DNA of 36,580 nt from a virus. Its lineage: Duplodnaviria; Caudoviricetes. This document shows positions 17,601 to 25,917 of the stretch, piece after piece (position 1 is the first letter of the stretch; each line of letters opens with the position of its first letter). The DNA lies in IMG/VR virus record IMGVR_UViG_3300005326_000257, positions 1 through 36,580 of that record; one strand, given 5' to 3'. Below the pieces are notes generated by a model that was not told the DNA's origin, made no database searches, and saw only the letters and a list, made by a program, of their open reading frames with translations. Position numbers and translations under genes: made by a program.

Positions 17601-17967
17601 ACGCAGTGATGGATGTTTGAATCGTACTAAATTCAACGTCAAGCTGATTCGTGACATAACGCAGTTCTTGAACGTTTTTAATAGAAAGGCCAGTCTTTTC
17701 AGCCATTAGCCCCACTTCATCCGCATAGTCCGCTGCACCGGTGGCGAGTTTTATTATGCCTGCGCCCACGGCAACAAGTGGCGCGGTCAGTCCAACAGAT
17801 AAATCGCGGCCTAATTTACTAAGTGAGGAACCGGCTTTGTCAAAGCCCTTCGCCATGTTACCCAGGGTCTTGCTTACGCCGGAAGCTTTTTTATCGACAT
17901 TATCAAGTTTTTTGTTTACATCATTGTCTGAAAGAAAAATACTTCCGAATATTCTGAATATCTCGAT
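14641..17967 (-). CDS. Tape measure protein; probable ATC start at 17967
   Basis: (I)EIFRIFGSIF N-terminus 8 nt after GAGGGGG; SVGLTAPLVA; hydrophobic and coiled-coil regions; C-terminal YASGT...WALVGEEGPELV. Confidence 0.93.
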   Translation of the reverse strand: MEIFRIFGSIFLSDNDVNKKLDNVDKKASGVSKTLGNMAKGFDKAGSSLSKLGRDLSVGLTAPLVAVGAGIIKLATGAADYADEVGLMAEKTGLSIKNVQELRYVTNQLDVEFSTIQTSITAFTNQLKTTDSESSNASQALQRLGISMKNANGSTKDMSILYTEVIKKLSGVENETDRNILASSLFGRSYSELIPILNAGSDEIERLTEEANKLGLIMSDESIISAREFGDAWDRVKMQFGAVFREIGMSFIPLLQDKLIPFIQNQVVPVFHGLANSVENVVTWFSNLSPSAQNVIGALLLIAAATGPLISIFSKISTTISGLIAVLQFVISPIGLIIIGVAALAAVAFLLIKNWNKVPPFFKALWEFIKLGFARWGVVIQLNLRQVQYALAKFLDFTAGNLMGSISSLLELMSRIPGVGDVFTGAANSIGSLQDKIKNFVENSRNDLDTAIANEKEAGGRVADAWGNAMDKLGDIGQGMKDTVLSAVDSVKGIFKNGFDEVKQKSVQTVTTLGETVEDATEKVKKAYEKFISNLRALVGWEERAYDKRIETLDSFGAAVVKALTNQYNEQRKAQEKALNKELDGLKTAHETKMKLYDEEYNAKRKTIEQTKDTNLKKLQSDIDALNALTDAEERALKEQEYQTKLSNLNKQVLEATSLEERLEALKEIDDLKAEHEREAALESRELQIKTLQEQMDAIEEAAEKEAAALEETYDLKKETAEKELEDLEAALNARMEKMQEHYDQLLEEESLNAEARQLLMNESNAQMIQDLLTKYNPEWQNVGQSFGESLVMGLNSMATSMKDAIRKALGLVPDEAETANQQMIDTLQELAQRFADLGNEEGKLYTEALIAKLRAGATVVNAETVAMVANMDKIFQILNYKLQYAVAKTQAEKDAISAAANQVRATMPADVAALVGSNVSIEQMLQNVQNTIAAGLGSTSYTGNATAPVVTGNATAPVVTGSATVTPAESWQLDHYESKAPYRGIYHKYINGVKQSGWKYGPPKSPLSATEQAEYNTFVANHGQPIYDTNFYASGTPSARRGWALVGEEGPELVKFHGGETVKNARDTAKARGVTLNIYCNRPSDIKEATREGEMLVNRLRTLGGVT
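15070..15142 (-). repeat. Degenerate 27-bp tandem repeat within TMP
   Basis: Encodes TGNATAPVV-TGNATAPVV-TGSAT. Confidence 0.75.
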
Positions 17968-17980
17968 GATAACCGCCCCC

Positions 17981-18313
17981 TCACTTTTTACGCCCGTATA
18001 GTACCGCCACTTCGTTTCCATCCGTCAAATCGTGTCCGTTTACTACCTTACAGCTCCCGCCCTGTATTTGATTTTTGATTGCTTCTGCTTCGGCAAGAAT
18101 CTCTTCTGCCGATTTTTTACTTTCCGGTCGTGCGCTTCCGTCGCAAAAATCTTTGAACGGAATGAATGTATCTTTGTTAAAATGCGGATATAGTTGCACC
18201 CATGCCTGATACATCTTATCCCTGCTCTTTTCTTCCTTCGCCTTCACGTATAATCTCATGCCTGTGTTGATGTCCAGCCTCAAAACAAAATCAATATTGG
18301 AGTACCGGCTCAA
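17981..18313 (-). CDS. Tail assembly chaperone, second (gpT-like) ORF reached by -1 frameshift
   Basis: Frame stays open back to the slippery site and is -1 relative to the upstream ORF; no RBS of its own. Confidence 0.8.
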   Translation of the reverse strand: MSRYSNIDFVLRLDINTGMRLYVKAKEEKSRDKMYQAWVQLYPHFNKDTFIPFKDFCDGSARPESKKSAEEILAEAEAIKNQIQGGSCKVVNGHDLTDGNEVAVLYGRKK

Positions 18314-18339
18314 TAGCGTATCGTATATGTCGATCTCGT

Positions 18340-18708
18340 CTATTTCGCCGCAAGTTTGAAAAAATCAGTCAATGACGCTCCGGTCTTCCCGATCTCTGCA
18401 ATGATCGCTTTGATCTTATCTGGCTTCATGTGGGTAACTTCATCCACGGATTGATTTGTCAGGCTTGCTACAAATGCGTTTATTTCAGGTTCAGCCTGCC
18501 AGATGCTGGTGATAATCAGTGCGGCAAACTCTGCACCGAATTCCTCCTGCATCCTCTTGACCGCTTCGGCCTTCTTTTTAACATCCTTCTCCTGGATATC
18601 AGGCTTTGCAAATATCTGTTTCAACGCATCTTTCGCGCCAATCTTTGCAAGTATCTTTGACAACTTGGGTATATCGCCAAATTCAAATTCCCTTACTTTA
18701 ATTTCCAT
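18340..18708 (-). CDS. Tail assembly chaperone (gpG-like)
   Basis: Between major tail protein and TMP; ends ...DFFK with slippery heptamer. Confidence 0.85.
   Translation of the reverse strand: MEIKVREFEFGDIPKLSKILAKIGAKDALKQIFAKPDIQEKDVKKKAEAVKRMQEEFGAEFAALIITSIWQAEPEINAFVASLTNQSVDEVTHMKPDKIKAIIAEIGKTGASLTDFFKLAAK
18358..18364 (-). other. Programmed -1 frameshift heptamer T TTT TTC
   Basis: The -1 frame reads FQTCGEIDEIDIYDTLLSRYS..., joining the downstream ORF. Confidence 0.8.
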
Positions 18709-18777
18709 AATCTTCCTCCTTTAAAAGGGTGGGAGGGGTTGCCCCCTCCGTATAGGGTGGGTTCCCGCAAATCGGGA

Positions 18778-19341
18778 TTAGCTTGACGTCGTTGTCATAA
18801 TAATTTTCCAGGGTTCCTTTGTCCGTGTGCTTGCCGCATATGCTGCGGTAAACGTGCAATCTGCGACAACTTCATCCTTGTCCACAAGCGGCCAGTTGAT
18901 GTTTTCCAGATTGATTGCGTTCTGCAATTCGATGTAAACTCTTCTGCCCGCTTTGGAGTAACCGGTCCATGCAACATATTTGTAGTCGCTGGACGTGATA
19001 TTGGATGTTAGCTCGGAGCCGGTGATGGATGCCGTGGTGCTGCCGGACGTATAGTTTGAAGACAGGCCGGGATAATAGTCATCTATGTTGCTGTGCAAGA
19101 GTTCCAATATCTTCATGTTGAGTTTGGCAACAGATTTTGTTATCCGTATCCTGCTCTTTACCGGCCCGTAATCTCCATCTGCTTCAATCTGCCGATACCC
19201 GCGCTCAACGGAAAATGACCCGCCGCCGCGAGTTAGAGCAATATTGGTCATGGATGATGTTGTGGAACCGAACGAAAATACGCCGTCGCCCAGTAAGATA
19301 TCATCCGGGTCTGCGAACAGTTGTAAATTAACCTTGATCAT
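18778..19341 (-). CDS. Major tail protein
   Basis: ILLGDGVF...LTRGGGSF...IEADG..GPVK; IELQNAI; position in the tail module; followed by a GCAA-loop hairpin. Confidence 0.85.
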   Translation of the reverse strand: MIKVNLQLFADPDDILLGDGVFSFGSTTSSMTNIALTRGGGSFSVERGYRQIEADGDYGPVKSRIRITKSVAKLNMKILELLHSNIDDYYPGLSSNYTSGSTTASITGSELTSNITSSDYKYVAWTGYSKAGRRVYIELQNAINLENINWPLVDKDEVVADCTFTAAYAASTRTKEPWKIIMTTTSS

Positions 19342-19565
19342 TTGATAATCCCCCTTTCGATTAGTTTCAGGTAGTTCTTGAAAAGTGCTTCGAAGTCATC
19401 ATCAGTGGCCTTCAATTGTGTTTTCAGTTCAGCCGTCCGCGCTGCAAACTCTTCGCAGGAACCTCCCCCGCTGTTTAAAAGTTTGCTTCGGCTGATCTGA
19501 TACTTTATTGTCAGGTCGCTGATGATCTCCGAAAATCCTTTGTTGAAAGCCGCTTCGCCTTTTAT
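19338..19565 (-). CDS. 75-aa hypothetical protein missed by the track; probable ATA start
   Basis: AGGAGG 8 nt before ATA; open frame (I)KGEAAFNKGFSEII...LIERGIIK*; ATGA overlap with the major tail gene. Confidence 0.55.
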   Translation of the reverse strand: MKGEAAFNKGFSEIISDLTIKYQISRSKLLNSGGGSCEEFAARTAELKTQLKATDDDFEALFKNYLKLIERGIIK

Positions 19566-19579
19566 GTCAATCGCCTCCT

Positions 19580-20287
19580 TTACGTTGTAGTCAGTTTTTT
19601 AATGTGTTCCAGCATCGCCAATGCGCCTGCGCACTTGTTTTCCTCGTCCCGGAATCCCTGTTGCTTCTTAATGGCCTCTTTCTGAATGCCTTGAATCCTG
19701 ATCTTTTCACCTTCCAAGGCACGATGGAATTCCGCATATTCAGGTTCTTCGTAGCCGTATACGAAATAGGCTTTCAGCAATGGCGAATCCGGGGAAATTG
19801 TGACCTTGATTCCCTTGCCCATTGCGTATCCAAGCCAGTAGACCACAGATGGCATTTCGTCTTTGTATTCGCTGTCAACAGCTTCGTGGATACCATAAAG
19901 CATGATTTCGTCGAAGCCCTCATAAATCGCCAGGGCTAACATGTGAGACACGGAGCAAGTAATAAAAATCTTGTCGCCCATGGCGTCTGTTCTATATTTT
20001 TTTGTCAATATATCCAGCGGATATTTCACACTGGCCGGGATGTCGTCGTAATGATCTTGCATGTAAATGGGCTGCTCAAAAGTTTTCAGCATGTCATAAT
20101 GCAACTTGTTTCCTTCGCCCCTGCTTTTCCTTACCCTGATCTCTTCAATCATGTGAATGTCGAATAACCTGTCAAACCTCGGAACGAAATCATATAAATC
20201 ATTCATAATCCAGATTTCCGTATCCGGATCGTTGTATGGTGCATCTTTCCAGCTTGGGGCATACCCTATGATTGCCACCCTTTTCAT
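19580..20287 (-). CDS. Putative Maf/GT29 (sialyltransferase-like) glycosyltransferase
   Basis: RVAIIGYAPS...EIWIMN and S..HMLALAIYEGFDEIMLYGI resemble motifs of Maf/DUF115 and GT29/GT42-like folds. Confidence 0.55.
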   Translation of the reverse strand: MKRVAIIGYAPSWKDAPYNDPDTEIWIMNDLYDFVPRFDRLFDIHMIEEIRVRKSRGEGNKLHYDMLKTFEQPIYMQDHYDDIPASVKYPLDILTKKYRTDAMGDKIFITCSVSHMLALAIYEGFDEIMLYGIHEAVDSEYKDEMPSVVYWLGYAMGKGIKVTISPDSPLLKAYFVYGYEEPEYAEFHRALEGEKIRIQGIQKEAIKKQQGFRDEENKCAGALAMLEHIKKLTTT

Positions 20288-20300
20288 CCATTTTCCTCCC

Positions 20301-20702
20301 TTATAAATAAGCTTGTACTTCGTACCTTAACTGCCTTCTTCTAATCTGCGGGTCCTCGTCGTCCAGTTCCAACCTTGCTTCCCGGTAAAATGTCGCCTGT
20401 AATGTTCCGTCTAAAAAATACCTTTTTCTATGCAACCCCGTCGCGTTTACAATGGCGCCGTCGCCGTCAATGCTTCCCGCCAATGTGTCCAGTGCCGTTG
20501 TATCTGATTTGTTGTCCAAACAGTCAATTGTTAATGTAAACCGCTCCATTTTTTGGTTCTCGTCTGTAAAACTGCTTCCAAGCCTGAAAGTCACATAAGG
20601 AATTGCAGCAGTTTCCGGTACGCTGTCGTAAGGGTAGGACTTTGAACACTTTGTTAAGAGAAACGTCGATATCATTTTTTTCAACTCAATTGTGTTCATC
20701 AT
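20301..20702 (-). CDS. Tail terminator/completion protein
   Basis: P..A.IPYVTF...LTID...DDEDPQIRRRQLRYEVQ; position. Confidence 0.75.
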   Translation of the reverse strand: MMNTIELKKMISTFLLTKCSKSYPYDSVPETAAIPYVTFRLGSSFTDENQKMERFTLTIDCLDNKSDTTALDTLAGSIDGDGAIVNATGLHRKRYFLDGTLQATFYREARLELDDEDPQIRRRQLRYEVQAYL

Positions 20703-21244
20703 TCATCCCCTCCAGAATTGATTGTTACTGTGTCCTTCTCGATTTCCTTGATATACTTGGCTGCAATCTCCCGGATTTCAGAAATATGGTCTTGCGCTGC
20801 CGGGGTCAAAAACGGCCTTGCCGGGACAGTGCTTCCGCCGAATTCCGTTGCAGTCAGGTTGTGAAGCCTTGTCTTACCGGATGCAGATTTCATTTTGTTC
20901 AGGATACCTCTTTGCACCATCTGCCCGCGCTTGTTAATGTAGTACCCTTGCGCCTTCATCTTGGCGGTAAAAACCCGGTGTCCATTTTCAATCATCAGTC
21001 CGTAAAACGCTTCTTTTCTTACCCCCACCTGGACGCTTTTGTCTTTCCGTTTAATCCAGTAACCAATCTTCCGCCTTAACAGCCCGGTTCTTTTCTCTGT
21101 GACTTCGTCTACATTCGCCTTGGCGGTCTTGGTTACGAACTTCCCAATCTCTTTCAATGCGGCCTTTTCCAGTTCGCTTAATGCATACTTGACATTCGGG
21201 ACGTTGCTTTTATACGTAAACCTATTGTTAGTCAGGCTGCTCAC
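20699..21244 (-). CDS. HK97 gp10-like neck protein
   Basis: RTGLLRRKI...FYGLMIENGH...ARPFLTPA. Confidence 0.85.
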   Translation of the reverse strand: MSSLTNNRFTYKSNVPNVKYALSELEKAALKEIGKFVTKTAKANVDEVTEKRTGLLRRKIGYWIKRKDKSVQVGVRKEAFYGLMIENGHRVFTAKMKAQGYYINKRGQMVQRGILNKMKSASGKTRLHNLTATEFGGSTVPARPFLTPAAQDHISEIREIAAKYIKEIEKDTVTINSGGDE

Positions 21245-21581
21245 TTTGCCGCACCTCGCATTTCAGGTACAACCATGCGTGACGGTTGTCCAGGTCTTTC
21301 ACATCACGGATATTGAAAATCTTGTTGTTATAATTGATCCTGTATAGTTCGGTTTTTCTCGTATCTGCCATGTCCGCTCTGTACCGGATGACAAATTCAT
21401 AATTGATGTCTGCGGAAACTTGCTGCGCTAATTGAAGCTCTCTTCCAGACAAGTGGTCAACCTTTGCCCATACAGTGGCATGGGTGGACCATGTTTCCGT
21501 ATGGCCGTGGAAATCGTTGTATCCTATCGCCTGTTTTTCAATTATGATTCTGCTTCTCAATTCGCCCGGATTCATATACAC
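21228..21581 (-). CDS. Head closure protein (SPP1 gp16-like)
   Basis: MNPGELRSRIII...W...ATVWAKV..LSGRE...IRYR. Confidence 0.9.
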   Translation of the reverse strand: MYMNPGELRSRIIIEKQAIGYNDFHGHTETWSTHATVWAKVDHLSGRELQLAQQVSADINYEFVIRYRADMADTRKTELYRINYNNKIFNIRDVKDLDNRHAWLYLKCEVRQSEQPD

Positions 21582-21582
21582 C

Positions 21583-22518
21583 TCAATAAATCATTTTGTT
21601 TTGATCCAATAACGTATAAACAGCAAATTCCAGTTCTTTGCTGATACTTCCAATCAACACCGGTAGTCTGTTTTCGTACATATGGTTAATCAGCATCAAC
21701 ATGGCAATCTTTGTTGACTCCGAAATAACGTCCGGGGTAACTCCCGTATGTCCGCAAACAAATCTCACTTTAACTGCGCCATATGGGTAAGGTGTAAACG
21801 ACGGCCAGGTAATGCCATAGGATAAACACACTTTCCCCGGCTCGTTAGTATCCACGAAGTATCCGGATAGACTTGCCGTCATGGTAGCTGTTGTCCCAGC
21901 TGAATCAATGTAGGTTATGCTTGTGACGGATTGTAACGGTGCTTTAGGTAACTCGATAAAGTCTTCATCCGGGAAGTCATCCAGAACTAAATCCCATGTC
22001 TGTGTTGCAAGCGCTCTATGTTGGTAGTTCTCGCAATACTCTCTGGCAACTTTGATTAAACCTGTAATGAATGTGTCTTCCGTGGATGTCGGCGCGCTCT
22101 TGATAATGGATACAGAGAAGTTTGCATCTGCTCCCGTGACAACGGCATAGGCTTCTATGTACGCCTTTGTTCCCGTGTACTCCACCTGTTGATTGGTCGT
22201 ATCGTTGGCTGTCGTCACCTGCGTAAACGTCCCGCCTGCCGTCCATTCCGTAAAGGTCACTCCGTCGTCGGATTCGTAGATATCTACATCCACCGTCGCG
22301 CCTGCGCTCAAATTAAACGGCTCCAACAAGACTAAGGCCGTATGCCCTGTGATGCTTGTGCTTGTGCCCGTCAGTCCCGCCGTGGCGTGATATCCTCCGG
22401 CAATTGACTGCACAACGGAAATGTTGTCTTCAAACGACGTTGAATCAAGCCGCAAATATGCCTTTGCTTCACTTAGTGTCACAGGTTCATTTGATACGGC
22501 GGTCACTAGCTTTAACAT
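21583..22518 (-). CDS. Head-tail connector (gp6/gp15-like) with a ~120-aa inserted domain
   Basis: EPVTLSEAKAYLRLD...[insert]...EDTFITGLIKVAREYCE...ALATQTW...MLINHMYENR. Confidence 0.88.
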   Translation of the reverse strand: MLKLVTAVSNEPVTLSEAKAYLRLDSTSFEDNISVVQSIAGGYHATAGLTGTSTSITGHTALVLLEPFNLSAGATVDVDIYESDDGVTFTEWTAGGTFTQVTTANDTTNQQVEYTGTKAYIEAYAVVTGADANFSVSIIKSAPTSTEDTFITGLIKVAREYCENYQHRALATQTWDLVLDDFPDEDFIELPKAPLQSVTSITYIDSAGTTATMTASLSGYFVDTNEPGKVCLSYGITWPSFTPYPYGAVKVRFVCGHTGVTPDVISESTKIAMLMLINHMYENRLPVLIGSISKELEFAVYTLLDQNKMIY

Positions 22519-22874
22519 GACAATCTCTCCTTTATCATGTTTCTTGCCCTTAATGTCGAAGTGTCCTTGATGTTCTGAAGTTCAAAGTCAAGTTCCTTGG
22601 AAATCCGGTCTATTCTTTCCTTCATGGGGATTCCATTTTCCAGTAATCCAAGCAAATTGATTCCTTCCATGGCGGTATCGTTGGTTTGCGGGTCTACAAA
22701 AAAGTTGCCGTTTTCGTCTGTCTTGAACCTTATTCCATTCAGTCCAAACTCACCCGTTCTGGTATTGGCGATCATGTTAACCGCAAACAGTCCCTTGACC
22801 GGCTCGCCGTTGAAGGAAAAGTCAACTTTTGCCTGTCCGTTTTCCGCTTTAATCGAAATCAAAAACTGATTCAT
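22512..22874 (-). CDS. Hypothetical protein in the head module (120 aa)
   Basis: GGGAGG RBS then ATG 22874; overlaps the connector start. Confidence 0.65.
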   Translation of the reverse strand: MNQFLISIKAENGQAKVDFSFNGEPVKGLFAVNMIANTRTGEFGLNGIRFKTDENGNFFVDPQTNDTAMEGINLLGLLENGIPMKERIDRISKELDFELQNIKDTSTLRARNMIKERLSC

Positions 22875-22918
22875 TCCCCACCCTCCCAAATAGGGGCGGG
22901 TTGCCCCGCCCCGTCTTG

Positions 22919-23671
22919 TTAAATCCTTGTCCTCGGACAAATCTGCTGCGGTGCCGCATACCTCGATTCGCCCCTGATGATGACCGCCGATGTATAGTTG
23001 GCCGATGTGTTGATGACATTCAGTGCAACATGGGTGAAATCTGAACTTAGGGTCAGTTGGCTGTCCTTGACCTCAATCATGCCCTGCATGTGCGCCGCGC
23101 CAATGGTCAGGTCGGTGGTGTTACTGGATGTGATCGCCATGCCATAGTACCCGCTTTCCAGATACTTGACAGGATCTTCGTCCAGATACAGCGTCAAGGT
23201 TGCGCTGCCCGCCAACGCCCTCACACCCGGTACGCCGTAAGTGTCATCGTTGACGATGGCCGCAAGGTTCGTGATGGTGGTGGATACATTGGCTGTATTT
23301 CCGGTGAATTGCCTGCTCGATGTAGTGGATGTCACGCCGGCTGTTTGAGCGGTGAATGTCAGTCCGTTGATGGTCACAGTGGCGTTTGTCTCACCGGCTG
23401 AAATGGACGGCGTGATGGTCGCTTCGGTCAGGTTGCTGGTTGCATATACCACTGTTGACGTTGCGGTGATTGACGCGCCGCTTGTCCCGGCTTCATCCGT
23501 TGCCTGATAAACAAGGCCCGTGGAGGTCATGGTCAGACCTGTCGGTGCAATGTCCCATATGAATGTTGCCGTACCGTGTTTGGCAAGGTTGAAATATATG
23601 GATGTCGTGCCTGCGGACGATACGGACCTTGGATAAATTGCTGTTCTGATATCGTATTTTTCATTCAACAT
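22919..23671 (-). CDS. Capsid decoration/cement-like protein, very Thr/Ser-rich
   Basis: Immediately after MCP; beta-rich; VYQATDEAGT...THVAL...IIRGESRY. Confidence 0.65.
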   Translation of the reverse strand: MLNEKYDIRTAIYPRSVSSAGTTSIYFNLAKHGTATFIWDIAPTGLTMTSTGLVYQATDEAGTSGASITATSTVVYATSNLTEATITPSISAGETNATVTINGLTFTAQTAGVTSTTSSRQFTGNTANVSTTITNLAAIVNDDTYGVPGVRALAGSATLTLYLDEDPVKYLESGYYGMAITSSNTTDLTIGAAHMQGMIEVKDSQLTLSSDFTHVALNVINTSANYTSAVIIRGESRYAAPQQICPRTRI

Positions 23672-23695
23672 GTCATATCTCTCCTTTCTCTCAAA

Positions 23696-24973
23696 TTAGG
23701 CTCTCGCCTGAAGTGTTACAAACGGGGATAACGTGGACGCTCCTTTATAGGGAGTGAGCGGTTTTTTCCATATCGGCTGTCCATCCACCCTGTAAATGAA
23801 CCTAAACACGGATTCGTCGTACAGGAACCTTACATGGACAGATGAAGCTGCGTTGACTCCGCCTTTGTCGATCAGCATATACTGACTTAAATCAACAAGG
23901 CTGATATCGCCCTCGTCGCCCAGTGCGGATGCGTATTCAACAGGGATAACAGGACGCCCGAACAAGGTGTAATACTGCGACTGTGATACGCCCGTGGGCG
24001 GCATATACACCGATACGCCGGAAGATGAACCTGTCGGCAGATACATCTTGGTCAGTTGCGGTTCGCATTCCTGATTGACTAACCAGATTGCGTTTGTCCG
24101 TGACCTTGCCCACATCCTGGTCCACATGTCCAGAATGTTGTTGAGGGTGATGGTGTCTGCGGTCTGTGACGAGGTCTTTGCTACACTGATCAGAGCGGGG
24201 CTGTTGAGGAATCCGAGCGGCTGTCCCGCGCCGGTTCCGCGGAAGATTGCGTCATCCACTTTGAAACCGAATTCCTCTGCAAACGCTTGGGAAATCACGG
24301 ATTCAATCGCAGTTGCATCCGCAAGCAATTCGCCGGTTGCATAGCAAAGGCCGATTAACTTTTTCAGGTTCAGTTCAAGCAATCCAAATTTCGGTTTGGA
24401 CGCGGTGACTGTTTCGGCTTCGCCTTCCCAGTATGCTTGAACGCCGCCCCACCTTGAACCGTTCGCCCTGCTGGTTTCCTCTACGGTGTTGATCTTCAAC
24501 CCGTTTGAATTGGCTGAAATGGGAATCCTGCGGCAACGGTTGGCAAGGACGCTTGTTTCGTAAGTCCTTTTCAGGAGTTCGGTAACAAAGTCCTTTCCAA
24601 CAAGGAACCCGCCGTCTTCCATGACTGTTTCGCTTGCGCCCGATGCAGCGTCTTTAATCAACAGTCTGCTATCGACACTTCCTCCGGGTTTTGCGGCATT
24701 CCTCACCGCCCCCAGGAATTCTCCAAATGAATTCCATACGGGTTTGTTACTCTTCGGCTGCGCATAAATGGGTTCCTGGGCGGGCGTCTGTGCGTCCTTT
24801 GCTCTCTGTTCGAGCAAGTCCTGCGCCTTGATGGTCGCCTCAAGGTTCTTGATCTCTGTTTCCAGAGCGTTAAACTGTGTCTGCTCGTCTTCCGTCATTG
24901 CCCGTTTTGCGTCGATGGCAGTTTTGACAATGGCGTTTTGAGCGTCAATTTTGGCTTTCAATTGCCCTCTCAT
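23696..24973 (-). CDS. Major capsid protein (HK97 fold)
   Basis: N-terminal coiled coil; DGGFLV; GTGAGQPLG; TLFGRPVI; SPFVTL. Confidence 0.96.
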   Translation of the reverse strand: MRGQLKAKIDAQNAIVKTAIDAKRAMTEDEQTQFNALETEIKNLEATIKAQDLLEQRAKDAQTPAQEPIYAQPKSNKPVWNSFGEFLGAVRNAAKPGGSVDSRLLIKDAASGASETVMEDGGFLVGKDFVTELLKRTYETSVLANRCRRIPISANSNGLKINTVEETSRANGSRWGGVQAYWEGEAETVTASKPKFGLLELNLKKLIGLCYATGELLADATAIESVISQAFAEEFGFKVDDAIFRGTGAGQPLGFLNSPALISVAKTSSQTADTITLNNILDMWTRMWARSRTNAIWLVNQECEPQLTKMYLPTGSSSGVSVYMPPTGVSQSQYYTLFGRPVIPVEYASALGDEGDISLVDLSQYMLIDKGGVNAASSVHVRFLYDESVFRFIYRVDGQPIWKKPLTPYKGASTLSPFVTLQARA

Positions 24974-25752
24974 ATTCTCGTTCTCCTTTCATGATTGGTA
25001 ACTAATTTTTGATATAGGTCAACCGGCGCGGACCGGAATTCCTCTGATTTCTCTGGCGGTTTTCCGGCAGATATAATTACGTCCTGGGGTTTCTCATAAG
25101 GTTTAAACTTCTGAATTAGCGTGTCTGAGTGCTTGAATCTTGTCATGTCTGCCTGAATTCCGTTAATGGTTAGAATAGTATTGGAAATAGACGCGGCAAC
25201 TTTCTTTTCTTCCTCGATCTCGTCAATGAATCCATATTCCATGGCATCATCAGCGGTCATCCACGTTTCGGCATCGAGTAAGGGAATAATCTCTTCATCC
25301 GTCATTCCGGTTTTATCGCGGTATATGGCAAGCATGGATTCGCGGATTTTGTCAAGGTCATCTGCCATTTTGCGCATATCGGTGGCATTGCCCCATACAA
25401 GCGCAGATGGATTATGTATCATCATCATTGCGTTGGATGGCATAAAGACTTTCCCGACACCAGTGAAAAACGTTGCTGCACTCGCCATTAATCCATCAAC
25501 ATAAACATTCTTTTCTGCGCTATGGCGTTTCAGCATGGATACCATGGCTTGTGCCGCAAATACATCACCACCGGGGCTGTTTACGTAGATGTTTAAAATG
25601 TCGATGTCGCCCAGTGCATCCAAGTCCTTTTTGAATTCCTTCGGCGTGACCTCATCCCCCCACCATGAAACAGACGATATCTCACCGTAAAGTAATAGGT
25701 CGCCGGATTTATCTGCTTTGGCTTGGAATTTCCAGAATTTATTTTTGAACAT
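24970..25752 (-). CDS. ClpP-like prohead protease
   Basis: YVNSPGGDVF, DGLMASAA, MMIHNP, ETWMTADDAMEYGFID. Confidence 0.95.
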   Translation of the reverse strand: MFKNKFWKFQAKADKSGDLLLYGEISSVSWWGDEVTPKEFKKDLDALGDIDILNIYVNSPGGDVFAAQAMVSMLKRHSAEKNVYVDGLMASAATFFTGVGKVFMPSNAMMMIHNPSALVWGNATDMRKMADDLDKIRESMLAIYRDKTGMTDEEIIPLLDAETWMTADDAMEYGFIDEIEEEKKVAASISNTILTINGIQADMTRFKHSDTLIQKFKPYEKPQDVIISAGKPPEKSEEFRSAPVDLYQKLVTNHERRTRI

Positions 25753-25803
25753 TCTGACCATCTCCTTTATTTTCAAGCATTTTTAAAATGGCTTCAACCA
25801 TGG

Positions 25804-25917
25804 CTATACAACCATCTTTTTCTTAACTAAAAATTTTAAATAGTCATCAATTTTTTTCGCTGTATATGGAATCTCAATTAGTAAAATTGAATGCTCCTTG
25901 CAAAAGCGTCTTTTCAT
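25804..25917 (-). pseudogene. Remnant C-terminus of a Vsr/DUF2726-like endonuclease
   Basis: RHEMKRRFCKEHSILLIEIPY...IDDYL resembles the K..FC....I.LI.IPY tail of these nucleases. Confidence 0.45.

Noticed and set aside
18731-18749. GCAA-loop hairpins after the major tail gene (and at ~22893-22912) as novel ncRNAs
   Set aside because: Simple stems after highly expressed structural genes; ordinary mRNA-stabilising or weak terminator hairpins.
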